Origin: Alphaproteobacteria bacterium MarineAlpha5_Bin9
GTDB lineage: Bacteria; Pseudomonadota; Alphaproteobacteria; HIMB59; GCA-002718135
Reading direction: 5' to 3'
Length of the DNA: 64,000 bases
NCBI GenBank assembly: GCA_002937895.1
Contig: PTKV01000009.1
Location: forward strand, 5,333-69,332
Positions within the stretch are counted from its first letter, which is position 1. Each line of letters opens with the position of its first letter. The position numbers and the translations under genes are program-made. Positions 8,533-18,447 of the stretch are shown here, in pieces. The notes beneath the pieces were generated by a model, which made no database searches, was not told the DNA's origin, and saw nothing but the letters and a program-made list of their open reading frames with translations.

Positions 8533-9432
8533 ATGCAATTATTCAAAATATATCCAAATCTCACAGTTATTATAGCTAGTTTTTTCTGGGGAACTTATTG
8601 GATACCTCTTAGATTTTTGAATGAAAATAGCAATAACTCAATCTGGCCTATTTTTTTAAGTTTTTTAATTCTTTCATTTTTTTTAATAAAGCCACTCTTA
8701 AGATCCATAAAAAATATTTTTTATTATCAAAATTATTTTTTCATTTTAGGATGCCTATTAGCAAGTCTAGCAATTGTATTATACTCAGAATCTCTTTTAA
8801 GAGGGGAAATAGCTAAAGTAGTAATTTTATTTTATCTATGTCCTATTTGGGGCACTATTTTTGCAAAAATCATTTTAAATCACAAATTTACCATATCTAG
8901 AATTATATCAATATTTTTTGGAATTATAGGACTTGGAATTATAATTAAAATAGATAAAGGAGTATTTTACCCTTCTTCTATTGTAGAGTTAATTGCTTTA
9001 GCTGCAGGAGTAACCTGGGCACTGTCTTTAACTTTTTTTTCTATATCAAAAAAAACTTCTGGGATTGAGAAAACTTCAATAACTAGTTTTTTGATCCCTA
9101 CTATATATTTAATAGTATCAATGATTCCTGGAGGAAGAGATTTCTATATTTCAGATAAATTATTTTATTTCTCTAACACTTATATTTGGATATTATTATT
9201 TGCAACTGTTTGGCTTTTACCTTCAATTCTGTTAACATATTTTACAGTTGAAATTTTAGATCCAGGTAGAATTAACATTCTTTTAGCGTTTGAAGTAATT
9301 GTTGGTATTTTTTCTGCTGCAATCTTAACAATTGAAATAATTGGAATTAGAGAAATTCTTGGTGCTTTTTTTGTTATTTCTGCATGCTTTATTGATGTAT
9401 TTTATAAAAAATCTCAAACTAGATATCCATAA
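8533..9432 (+). CDS. EamA/DMT-superfamily transporter
   Basis: 299 aa with about 10 predicted TM segments in two similar halves. Confidence 0.65.
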   Translation: MQLFKIYPNLTVIIASFFWGTYWIPLRFLNENSNNSIWPIFLSFLILSFFLIKPLLRSIKNIFYYQNYFFILGCLLASLAIVLYSESLLRGEIAKVVILFYLCPIWGTIFAKIILNHKFTISRIISIFFGIIGLGIIIKIDKGVFYPSSIVELIALAAGVTWALSLTFFSISKKTSGIEKTSITSFLIPTIYLIVSMIPGGRDFYISDKLFYFSNTYIWILLFATVWLLPSILLTYFTVEILDPGRINILLAFEVIVGIFSAAILTIEIIGIREILGAFFVISACFIDVFYKKSQTRYP

Positions 9433-9511
9433 AAAAGAAATTTATATACTAGTTTTTTATTTACAAAATATATTCAATCATTAGAAAATTAAACTTTAAA
9501 TTAATAATTTA

Positions 9512-10654
9512 ATGTCTGAAACATTTGAAATAAAAAATATATCAATTAATAGTAATACTTTAGATATAGAATGGAAAGATGGTAAAAAAAGTAATTTTCT
9601 TTTCATGTGGTTAAGGGATAATTGCCCTAATGATGTGCACCCAACTGCTAATCAAAGAACTTTTGATCTTTTAACTGTTTCTGAAGATATTCATCCTAAT
9701 GAATATAAAGTTAATAATAAAGGACAGTTGGAAATAAAATGGAGCGAAGGTAATCACACAAGTTACTTTGAGCCGAAATGGTTAAAAAATAATTGCTATA
9801 CACTTAAAAGTGACAAAAAATATATTAGTCCTTATTTTCTTTGGGACTCTAGCTTGCAAAATAATTTAGAGAAAATATCTCTAAACTATACTGATGTTAT
9901 AAATGATGAATCATATTTAGAAAATTGGCTAGAAATATTAAATATTTATGGTTTCTCAATTATAAAAAACTCACCTATAGAACAAAAATCAGCTTTACAA
10001 ATTTTGAATAAAATAAGTCATATTAGAGAAACTTTTTTTGGCACTCCATTTGAAGTAATTAACATTCCTAATCCTAATAATACTGCTTATACTGCTGAAC
10101 GCCTATGTAATCATACAGATTTACCATATTACGAATATGCTCCAGGATATCAATTTTTACACTGTTTAGTAAATGATGCTGAGGGAGGCCTGTCAAAAGT
10201 TGTAGATGCATTTAAAGTTGCAAATTTTCTAAGAGAAAATGAAAGGGAAATGTTTGAAACTTTAACATCTGTCCCTGTTAAATTTAAAGATAATGACTAT
10301 ACTCAAACAACTATTAGAATTTTTCATTCACCTTTAATCACTTTAAATAAAGATAATGATTTTAACGATATAAGATTTAGTGTCGCTACTATGGGAGCGG
10401 TTGATTGTCATCCAAAAGAAATGGCAAAATTCTATAAAGCATATAGAAAATTTGCTTCTTTACTTCATGATGAAAAATATTGTGTATCATTTAGATTAAA
10501 ATCTGGGGATATATTTTGTTTTAATAACAGAAGAATACTACATGGAAGAACTCAATTCGATCCTAATTCAGGCCATAGACACCTTCAAGGTTATTACATT
10601 GATAGAGATGAAATAGTTGCAAAACTAAATTATTTAAAAAAAATAGAATGCTAA
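9512..10654 (+). CDS. Fe(II)/2-oxoglutarate dioxygenase, gamma-butyrobetaine hydroxylase-like (TauD/TfdA superfamily) with N-terminal DUF971-like domain
   Basis: 380 aa. WLRDNC motif in the N-terminal domain. HxD facial-triad motif (NHTDLPYY) and distal His (RILHGRTQF). Confidence 0.75.
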   Translation: MSETFEIKNISINSNTLDIEWKDGKKSNFLFMWLRDNCPNDVHPTANQRTFDLLTVSEDIHPNEYKVNNKGQLEIKWSEGNHTSYFEPKWLKNNCYTLKSDKKYISPYFLWDSSLQNNLEKISLNYTDVINDESYLENWLEILNIYGFSIIKNSPIEQKSALQILNKISHIRETFFGTPFEVINIPNPNNTAYTAERLCNHTDLPYYEYAPGYQFLHCLVNDAEGGLSKVVDAFKVANFLRENEREMFETLTSVPVKFKDNDYTQTTIRIFHSPLITLNKDNDFNDIRFSVATMGAVDCHPKEMAKFYKAYRKFASLLHDEKYCVSFRLKSGDIFCFNNRRILHGRTQFDPNSGHRHLQGYYIDRDEIVAKLNYLKKIEC

Positions 10655-10659
10655 AAAAT

Positions 10660-11752
10660 TTATATTGTTAATGAACTTTCTAAAAATTTATCGATTTTGC
10701 CGTCTAGAACATCATTCGTATTAGAAGTTTCATAATTAGTTCTTAAATCTTTAACTAATTTATAAGGATGCAATATATAAGATCTTATTTGATTTCCCCA
10801 CCCTATATCTTTTTTTTGAATATGAAGTTTATTTTCGATATCTTTTCTTTTTCTTAACTCCAATTCATATAATCTTGATTTTAACATATCCAATGCATGA
10901 GATTTATTTTTATGCTGAGATCTATCTGTTTGACATTGAACAACAATATTAGTCGGCATGTGTGTAATTCTTACAGCGCTATCAGTTGTATTTACATGTT
11001 GTCCACCTGCCCCAGATGAACGAAATGTATCTATTCTTAATTCAGCTTCATTTATTTCTATATCAATTTTTTCATTAACTTCAGGATAAATCCAAACACT
11101 TGCAAAACTTGTATGTCTCTTTTTATTACTGTCAAAAGGAGATATTCTAACTAGTCTATGAATTCCACTTTCATTTTTTAGCCATCCGTAGACATATTCA
11201 CCAACAATCTTTATTGTTGATGATTTGATGCCAGCCTCTTCTCCCTTAGATTCTTGCAAAATTTTAACTTTAAAATTTTTATCTTCTGCCCATCTAATAT
11301 ACATTCTTTTTAACATATCTGCCCAATCTTGACTCTCAGTTCCTCCAGCACCAGCATGTATCTCTATAAAAGTATTATTTTCATCTGCTTCATTATTTAA
11401 CAAAAATTCAAATCTATTTTTTTTACAAGAATCTAAAATTTTTAATGAAAAATCAAATGTTTCTTGAATTAAATTATTTTCTTTTTCTGTTTCTAGAATT
11501 GAATTCAATTCAACAAGATCTTTATAATCTTTTTCAATATTAGATATAGATTTTATTTTTTTTTCAATTGAGGCAATATCTTTAAAAATTCTTTTAGCCT
11601 TATCTTCTTTATCCCAAATATTTGGATTTTCTGCTTGATTTTTTAATTCAATAAGTTGATTTTTTAAATCTTCAAGGTCAAACTACCCTCCTTAGAAGGA
11701 TTAAATTCTCTTTAATTAAATTAATATTTTTATGAATTTCCTCTAATTTCAT
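10660..11752 (-). CDS. prfB: Peptide chain release factor 2, requiring a programmed +1 ribosomal frameshift
   Basis: Frame 0 runs from ATG 11752 through MKLEEIHKNINLIKENLILLRRVV to TGA (11680-11678). The +1 frame continues DLEDLKNQ... to 10660 and carries SPF (RISPFDS) and GGQ (SGAGGQHVNTTDSAVR). An SD-like AGGAGG lies 3 nt upstream of the shift codon. Confidence 0.9.
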
Positions 11753-11757
11753 TTTTA

Positions 11758-14115
11758 TTATTCCTCCAACAACAAATTTCCAGTGCCGCTTAAAGTATCT
11801 GACAAAACTGATCCCAAACTATCTAAAACTATTATATCACTATTATATGGTTCTGTTCCAATAATAAATGGTTCTAAAACCCCTTGTTCATTTTGAGTTT
11901 GCTTACCTGTTTTACTATCAATTCTAACAAAACTCATACCTTTTGGTATTCTAAAGGGAATTTTATTTTTATTTGCTAGTGCTTTATTCATATAACTTTT
12001 AAATATTGGTACAGCTACTTTAGATCCTGTTTCTTTATATCCTAAGGATTTAGGCTGATCAAATCCTACATATACCCCTACAACTAAATCGGGAGAAAAA
12101 CCTATGAACCAAGCATCCTTATTATCATTTGTAGTTCCAGTTTTTCCTCCAAGAGGAATATTCAATTGATTGATTTTTTTTCCAGTTCCTCTTTTAACAA
12201 CTCCTTCAAGCATAGATGTAATTTGGTAAGCAACTTTTGTATCAATTATATACGTGTCATTAGACTCAATGATAGGAAGATTAAAATTTAATTTTTTAGA
12301 TAATTGATTACAATTAATACATTTCTTTTCATCACTTTTGAATATTAATTTACCTCTTCTGTTATGAATGCTCTCGATTAATTTTGGTGAAATCTTTTTA
12401 CCTCCATTAACCATCATTCCATAAGCTAAAGTTAAATTTTTTAAGCTTACTAAACCTGCGCCTAAAGCCATAGAGAGATTATTATCAAGATATTTATCTA
12501 CATCAAATAATTTAGCTGTGTTTTTTATATGATTCATTCCAAGTTTATCTGCTAGTCTTATAGTCATCAAATTTCTTGATTTCTCTATTCCTATTCTCAT
12601 TGTGCTTAATCCATAAAATTTATCAGTATAATTTGAAGGCTTCCATTTAGGCAATCCAGGTCCTTGATCAATTACATATGGAGCATCAAGAATTAAAGTG
12701 GAAGGGGAGTAACCTTTTAATAGAGCTGAAATATAAATAAATGGCTTAAATGCCGAACCAGGCTGTCTTTTTGCCTGAGTAGCTCTATTAAATTCACTTA
12801 AATTAAAGCTATACCCACCAGATAAAGCCAGAATTTTACCTGAGTGAGGATCTATTACAATTATTGCTCCATTTACTTCAGGAATTTGTCTAATTACTAA
12901 TTTTCCCCCATTTATTTCTTCAATATATAAAAGGTCTCCCAAATCAAATTGTTCATCTTTAAGCCACTCATTTTCATTTATAAACTCTACCTTTAATTCA
13001 TTATCTTTAATATCTTTTAAAATTAATTTCTCATCTTCATATCCTGAAACTATGCAAATTTTCCATTTCTGTGGGAAAGGATTTACTACATTCTTTATAT
13101 CTTCAGTTTTTATGCTTATTTTATTTAAATTAATTATTGATCCTCTCCACCCATATCTTTTATCGTAAATATTTAATCCTTCATATAAAGAAGAATCTGC
13201 AATATCTTGAAAGAAAGTATTCAAAGTTGTTTTTACAACTAAGCCCTCTTCATAAAGTGTGTTTTTACCATAATCATTATATAAAATTTTTCTGATCTCT
13301 TCCCTGTAATATTCTGCTTTTATTGAATTACTTGATTCTCTTTTTATTACTTTTAAATTTTTATCTTTAAAAATTAAGTCTCTTCTATCAATATAATTAT
13401 TTGAGTACATTTGTTCTATTACCCAATTTCGTCTTTCTATTGCATTTTCTTTATTTTTAATAGGATGATAATTGTTAGGTGCTTTGGGCAAAGCCGCTAA
13501 ATATGCCACTTCTTCTAAATTCAAATTTGATATTGATTTATTGAAATAATTTAGACTTGCAGCAGCAACACCATAAGATCCATAACCCAAATAAATATCA
13601 TTTAGATATAACTCTAGAATTTGATTTTTTGTTAGAACTTGCTCAATTCTAATCGCAAGAATAATTTCTTTAAATTTTCTTTTAAAAGAAACCTCATTAT
13701 TTAATAAAAAATTTTTTACAACTTGCTGTGTAATTGTAGATGCTCCTATTAACCTTTTATTTTGACCTATGTTCAAAATATTTGATAGCGAAGCTCTAAC
13801 AATTGCAAAAATATCTATTCCAATATGTTTATAAAAATTTTTATCTTCAGCTGAAATAAAAGCATGAATCAAATTATCTGGTATTTTATCTATGGGGACA
13901 AATAATCTCTCTTCAATAAAATATTTATCTAACAATTTTCCATCAGAAGTAAAAACTTGAGTAGTTAATGAAGGATTGTAATCTTTTAATTCTGTATAAC
14001 TTGGCAAATCTGGGGCTATTTTCCATAAACCATAAAAAATAGCGCCAAAGCTTAATATTATCAAAATGATTAAGATTTTGACTAAAAAATTCAAATAATT
14101 ATAGAAAATTTTCAT
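11758..14115 (-). CDS. mrcA: Penicillin-binding protein 1A (bifunctional glycosyltransferase/transpeptidase)
   Basis: 785 aa with an N-terminal TM anchor. GT51 motifs (EDKNFYKHIGID, GASTITQQ). Transpeptidase motifs SAFKP, SxN and KTGTT. Confidence 0.9.
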   Translation of the reverse strand: MKIFYNYLNFLVKILIILIILSFGAIFYGLWKIAPDLPSYTELKDYNPSLTTQVFTSDGKLLDKYFIEERLFVPIDKIPDNLIHAFISAEDKNFYKHIGIDIFAIVRASLSNILNIGQNKRLIGASTITQQVVKNFLLNNEVSFKRKFKEIILAIRIEQVLTKNQILELYLNDIYLGYGSYGVAAASLNYFNKSISNLNLEEVAYLAALPKAPNNYHPIKNKENAIERRNWVIEQMYSNNYIDRRDLIFKDKNLKVIKRESSNSIKAEYYREEIRKILYNDYGKNTLYEEGLVVKTTLNTFFQDIADSSLYEGLNIYDKRYGWRGSIINLNKISIKTEDIKNVVNPFPQKWKICIVSGYEDEKLILKDIKDNELKVEFINENEWLKDEQFDLGDLLYIEEINGGKLVIRQIPEVNGAIIVIDPHSGKILALSGGYSFNLSEFNRATQAKRQPGSAFKPFIYISALLKGYSPSTLILDAPYVIDQGPGLPKWKPSNYTDKFYGLSTMRIGIEKSRNLMTIRLADKLGMNHIKNTAKLFDVDKYLDNNLSMALGAGLVSLKNLTLAYGMMVNGGKKISPKLIESIHNRRGKLIFKSDEKKCINCNQLSKKLNFNLPIIESNDTYIIDTKVAYQITSMLEGVVKRGTGKKINQLNIPLGGKTGTTNDNKDAWFIGFSPDLVVGVYVGFDQPKSLGYKETGSKVAVPIFKSYMNKALANKNKIPFRIPKGMSFVRIDSKTGKQTQNEQGVLEPFIIGTEPYNSDIIVLDSLGSVLSDTLSGTGNLLLEE

Positions 14116-14282
14116 AATTTAAATTTGTAAGTTGAGAAAAAGATAGAAATATGACATTAACAAAAAAATAAACAATAAAATGATATGTATAAGTTAAATT
14201 CATATAAAAATTCATTAATTTTTCAATTTTTTAATAAAAAAAAATATACAGTTTTTTATAATACTTGTGGAGTTCTAAAAAA

Positions 14283-16094
14283 ATGCAAAAAAATATACTT
14301 ATTGATTCATCCTCAAGTGAACAGATACGATATGCTTTAACACTTGATGGAAAACTAGATGATTTTGAAATCGAAAAAACAAAAAAGACGGCAGCAAAGG
14401 GTGATTTATTCCTTGCAAAAATATCAAGAGTTGAGCCTTCATTACAAGCAGCTTTTGTAGATTACGGTGCGAATAGACATGGGTTTTTGCCATTAACAGA
14501 AATTCATCCTGATTATTTCAAAATTCCTGTTTCAGATCAGGATTCTTTAAAAAAACTTTATGCTGAAATACATGAAGATGAAAACAACATAGAAAAAATT
14601 CACTTAGATGAACCTGAAGAGGATAGCACAGAAAATAAAAAAGATCCCTATATAAATAATAAAAGAAGATACTTAAATTTTTTTAAGAAATATAAAATTC
14701 AAGAGGTAATTAAATCTAGACAGGTAATACTTGTTCAAATAAACAAAGAGGAACGTGGACTCAAAGGTGCGGCTTTAACGACATTTTTATCATTCGCAGG
14801 AAGATATTGTGTGTTAATGCCTAACACTCTTAACAATAATGGAATTTCTAGAAAAATATCTGATATAGAAGAGAGAAAAAAAATTAAACAAATTTTAGAA
14901 ACTATAAAAATTCCTGAAAACATGGCTGTCATAGTTAGAACAGCAGGTATTGGCAAAACTAAAAAAGAAATAACAAAAGACTTAGACTACTTAATATCTC
15001 AATGGAATTCTATAAGAAAAAAAACTTTGAAATCAACTGCGCCTTGTATAATTCATGAAGAAGGTAATATCATTAATAGAGTCGTGAGAGATGTTTTAAC
15101 AAATGATATAGATCAAATGATTATAGAAGGAAAAAATGAATACGAAAATACAAAAAAATTTGCAAAAAAAATAGTACCTTCTTTAATTAAGAAAATTAAA
15201 TTATATAAAGATACAGAAAGAACTTTATTTAACGAAAAAAACATTGAAAATCAAATTAACGAATTATTCAGCTTAAAAGTAAACCTTAAGTCTGGCGGTT
15301 CTATTGTTATCAATGCAACGGAAGCTCTTGTTGCAGTAGATGTTAACTCTGGAAAAAATACATTTCAAAGAAATATAGAAAACACTGCTCTAAATACAAA
15401 TGTTGAAGCAGCAAAAGAAATAGCAAGACAAATGAGATTAAGAGATTTAGCAGGATTAATTGTTATAGATTTTATTGACATGGAAGACTACAGAAACAAT
15501 TTTAAAGTTGAAAAAACCCTAAAATCATCTCTTAATCAAGACAGAGCTAGAATTCAAGTTGGTCGAATAAGTATGTTTGGATTGCTTGAATTATCAAGAC
15601 AAAGATTAAGAACAAGCTTAATTGATTTAGCCTTTCAAAGATGTAATTATTGCAATGGTTCAGGATTAATAGTTAATCCAGATGCTGTTTGCGATCAAAT
15701 TTTAAAAGTGATTAATGAAAAATTATTAAATAATATAAATTCTGATATACAAGTAAGATGCAATTCATCATTAGGTGATATTTTATTAAATTCAAAAAAA
15801 GATAAAATTATTAATATTGAAAACAAATTTAATTCTAAAGTAATTTTTAAATTTGATAACAATTTTTCACTTCATGAGCCTGTAATTAATTTAGTTGAAA
15901 CTAATGAAAAAAAACTTATTGAAAATAATAAAATAAATTCAAAAAAAATAAATTTAAAAAATAAAGATAAAAGAAAAATTATTAAAGATAAAAGCGTAAA
16001 AAAGAAAACTTTAAAAAAAATTGATGAAAAAGATAAAATTAAAGAAATTAATGATGAAAATGATTCTCAAAAAAGTGGTTGGTGGGCTCAATAA
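14283..16094 (+). CDS. rne: Ribonuclease E/G family endoribonuclease (short RNase E)
   Basis: S1 domain (GDLFLAKISRVEPSLQAAFVDYG), catalytic core (VAVDVNSG, IVIDFIDM) and a Zn-link CxxC (CNYCNGSG). Lys-rich tail ending in GWWAQ. The start is placed at the ATG preceded by GGAG rather than at the upstream TTG (14265). Confidence 0.85.
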   Translation: MQKNILIDSSSSEQIRYALTLDGKLDDFEIEKTKKTAAKGDLFLAKISRVEPSLQAAFVDYGANRHGFLPLTEIHPDYFKIPVSDQDSLKKLYAEIHEDENNIEKIHLDEPEEDSTENKKDPYINNKRRYLNFFKKYKIQEVIKSRQVILVQINKEERGLKGAALTTFLSFAGRYCVLMPNTLNNNGISRKISDIEERKKIKQILETIKIPENMAVIVRTAGIGKTKKEITKDLDYLISQWNSIRKKTLKSTAPCIIHEEGNIINRVVRDVLTNDIDQMIIEGKNEYENTKKFAKKIVPSLIKKIKLYKDTERTLFNEKNIENQINELFSLKVNLKSGGSIVINATEALVAVDVNSGKNTFQRNIENTALNTNVEAAKEIARQMRLRDLAGLIVIDFIDMEDYRNNFKVEKTLKSSLNQDRARIQVGRISMFGLLELSRQRLRTSLIDLAFQRCNYCNGSGLIVNPDAVCDQILKVINEKLLNNINSDIQVRCNSSLGDILLNSKKDKIINIENKFNSKVIFKFDNNFSLHEPVINLVETNEKKLIENNKINSKKINLKNKDKRKIIKDKSVKKKTLKKIDEKDKIKEINDENDSQKSGWWAQ

Positions 16095-17369
16095 ATTGAT
16101 CAAAAGAAGTTTTTTAATAATATATTTTTTTTTTGCATATTTAAAGCAAATGCCGCAGTAATTTATGATCATGAAATCAATGTTTTTGTTTCAGATTTAA
16201 TTAAATTAACAAGCCTAGATAATAGTGAATATTCATTTACTATAATTTTAAATGATAATCCAAACGCATTTGTAACTGACAATAATATTTTAATTTTTAC
16301 AACTGGTTTGCTTAAAAAAATTAACAGTTCTGAGGCTTTAGTCGGAATAATAGCACATGAAATAGGACACATTAGAAATTTTCATCATACAAAAAGAAAA
16401 CAATCATTAGATAATCTAAAACAAACTAATCAAATTGGTAATCTAATATCTATAACATCATCAATTCTGCTTAAAAATCCAGATTTGCTTGTTCAAACTG
16501 CTTTGACAAACAAAACAGGAATAGAAAATTATTATTCGACATATAGTAAGGATCAGGAAAAAGAAGCAGATCTTTTTGCTATACAAAGACTAAATAAACT
16601 TAATATTTCTACAGATTATTTGATAAAATTTCTTAAATTTTTAAATATTGAATCTATTAAAAAAGGCAGAACAAAAGATTCAAATTTTTTTTCAACTCAT
16701 CCAAGTTATGAAGAAAGATTAAATAGTTTTAAAACTTTATCTACCAGTAATAATAATTTAGAAGAAAAATATAACACAAAACTTTTTTCAATTAAGGCAA
16801 AATTATATGGCTACACTGAAAATAATTTCGATAATATAGTTTTTTCTGAAAATGATTTAAACTATGCGAAAGCAATACAACTAAGTCAAGAGGGAAAACT
16901 ATTAGATTCTTTAAGAAAGATAAATAATTTAATAAAAATTAAAAATGACAATCCTTATATATTAGAAACAAAAGCTGATATTTTATACAACCATGGATAT
17001 CTTGAAGAAGCAAAAATTTTTTATACAAAATCCTTAAATATTGATAACACAAATATTTATGCAAAAAAGAGACTTTTTGAAATTGATTATGAAAATATAA
17101 ATAATGAAAATAGTATCCATATTGAGAATGAATATCATGATCTAATTTTTAATTATTTTAATGATAAAGATTTTTATCTTAAATGGTATAAAATATATGC
17201 AAAAAATGATAAAAAAGATAGAATGTATTTTATAAGTGGAATTTTAAATCTTATTAATAAGAAAAAAGATAACGCAATAAATGATCTGGAAACTGTTAAT
17301 AAGATTTCAAATGATAAAAATCTAATAAATAAAAGCAAAATTCTATTAAAAAAAATTAAAAATGGATAA
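16095..17369 (+). CDS. M48-family Zn metalloprotease with TPR region (BepA/YfgC-like); 5' end unresolved
   Basis: HEXXH (AHEIGH) followed by TPR-like repeats. The reading frame is open from 16095, directly after the rne stop, and encodes a signal-peptide-like segment. There is no ATG, GTG or TTG before the TTG at 16308 (see finding). Confidence 0.7.
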   Translation: MDQKKFFNNIFFFCIFKANAAVIYDHEINVFVSDLIKLTSLDNSEYSFTIILNDNPNAFVTDNNILIFTTGLLKKINSSEALVGIIAHEIGHIRNFHHTKRKQSLDNLKQTNQIGNLISITSSILLKNPDLLVQTALTNKTGIENYYSTYSKDQEKEADLFAIQRLNKLNISTDYLIKFLKFLNIESIKKGRTKDSNFFSTHPSYEERLNSFKTLSTSNNNLEEKYNTKLFSIKAKLYGYTENNFDNIVFSENDLNYAKAIQLSQEGKLLDSLRKINNLIKIKNDNPYILETKADILYNHGYLEEAKIFYTKSLNIDNTNIYAKKRLFEIDYENINNENSIHIENEYHDLIFNYFNDKDFYLKWYKIYAKNDKKDRMYFISGILNLINKKKDNAINDLETVNKISNDKNLINKSKILLKKIKNG

Positions 17370-18447
17370 TGGATCTCTTACCTTTAATGATTACAAAACT
17401 CTATTAGATAATAAAATTATTATATCTAAAACTTTTAATCTAAAACAAATTCAACCATCTAGTATTGATTTGTCATTAAGCAATGAAGGCTATGAAATTT
17501 CATCAAGTTTTTTATCATCAAATGGTAAAGTTAAAAAAAAATTAAATAATTTCATAAAAAAGAAAATAAATATTGAAAATGGTATCAAGCTAAAGAGAAA
17601 TAAGACATACTTATTTAAATTAAATGAAAAAATAAACTTAAAAAGGAATTTGTTTGGTAAATGTAATCCAAAAAGCAGTACAGGAAGACTGGATATTTTT
17701 TGTAGAACTATATTTGATTACTGTAATGAATACGAAAACATACCAGTTGGTTATAGTGGAAACATGTATTTAGAGGTAACGTCTAGAGCATTTAATATTT
17801 TTATAAAGGCAGGAGAATCTTTAAATCAAATGAGAATTATTAAAAATAACCATAATTATTTAAATGACAAGATGTTATTGAAATTCAATAAGTCTAATCC
17901 AATTGTTTTTAATAGTTCAAATATACCAATAAATCCTGAAATCTCTCAAGGATTAAAAATTAGTGTTGATTTAAATGACAAAAATAAAATATCAGCCTAT
18001 CAAGCAAAAAATAATGCTCCTACATTATTCTTTGAAAAAATAAAAAAACACAGGATTAGCGATTTTTGGAAACCTATAAAAGCAAAAAATAATTCAATTT
18101 TAATAAATCCTGGTAGTTTTTATATATTAAAATCAAAAGAAAAAATAAAAATACCTAAAAGCATGGCAGGTGAAATGATTCCTTATGATACAGCAATAGG
18201 TGACTTTCGAGCACATTATGCTGGTTTCTTTGACCCAGGTTTTGGGGATAATTTTGGATCACATGCTGTTTTAGAAGTTAGAACTAGTGAAGTGCCTTTT
18301 AGCTTAGAGGATGGTCAAACAATTGCAAAAATATTATATGAAAAATTAAACAAAATTCCCTCTAAAACATATGGTTTTCAAATCAATTCAAATTATCAAA
18401 ATCAAAATCTTGCACTTAGCAAACACTTTAATATATTAGAGGATTAA
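17362..18447 (+). CDS. dcd: 2'-deoxycytidine 5'-triphosphate deaminase (long, two-lobed alphaproteobacterial form)
   Basis: 361 aa. dCTP-deaminase/dUTPase-fold motifs (PKSSTGRLDIF, GFFDPGF). Overlaps the upstream gene by 8 nt. Confidence 0.75.
   Translation: MDNGSLTFNDYKTLLDNKIIISKTFNLKQIQPSSIDLSLSNEGYEISSSFLSSNGKVKKKLNNFIKKKINIENGIKLKRNKTYLFKLNEKINLKRNLFGKCNPKSSTGRLDIFCRTIFDYCNEYENIPVGYSGNMYLEVTSRAFNIFIKAGESLNQMRIIKNNHNYLNDKMLLKFNKSNPIVFNSSNIPINPEISQGLKISVDLNDKNKISAYQAKNNAPTLFFEKIKKHRISDFWKPIKAKNNSILINPGSFYILKSKEKIKIPKSMAGEMIPYDTAIGDFRAHYAGFFDPGFGDNFGSHAVLEVRTSEVPFSLEDGQTIAKILYEKLNKIPSKTYGFQINSNYQNQNLALSKHFNILED

Noticed and set aside
9459-9480. Partial match (TATTTACAAAATAT) to the regulator-associated repeat, located upstream of the dioxygenase gene.
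   Set aside because: Only about 9-10 of 14 positions match in AT-rich DNA, which cannot be told apart from chance without a genome-wide background count.
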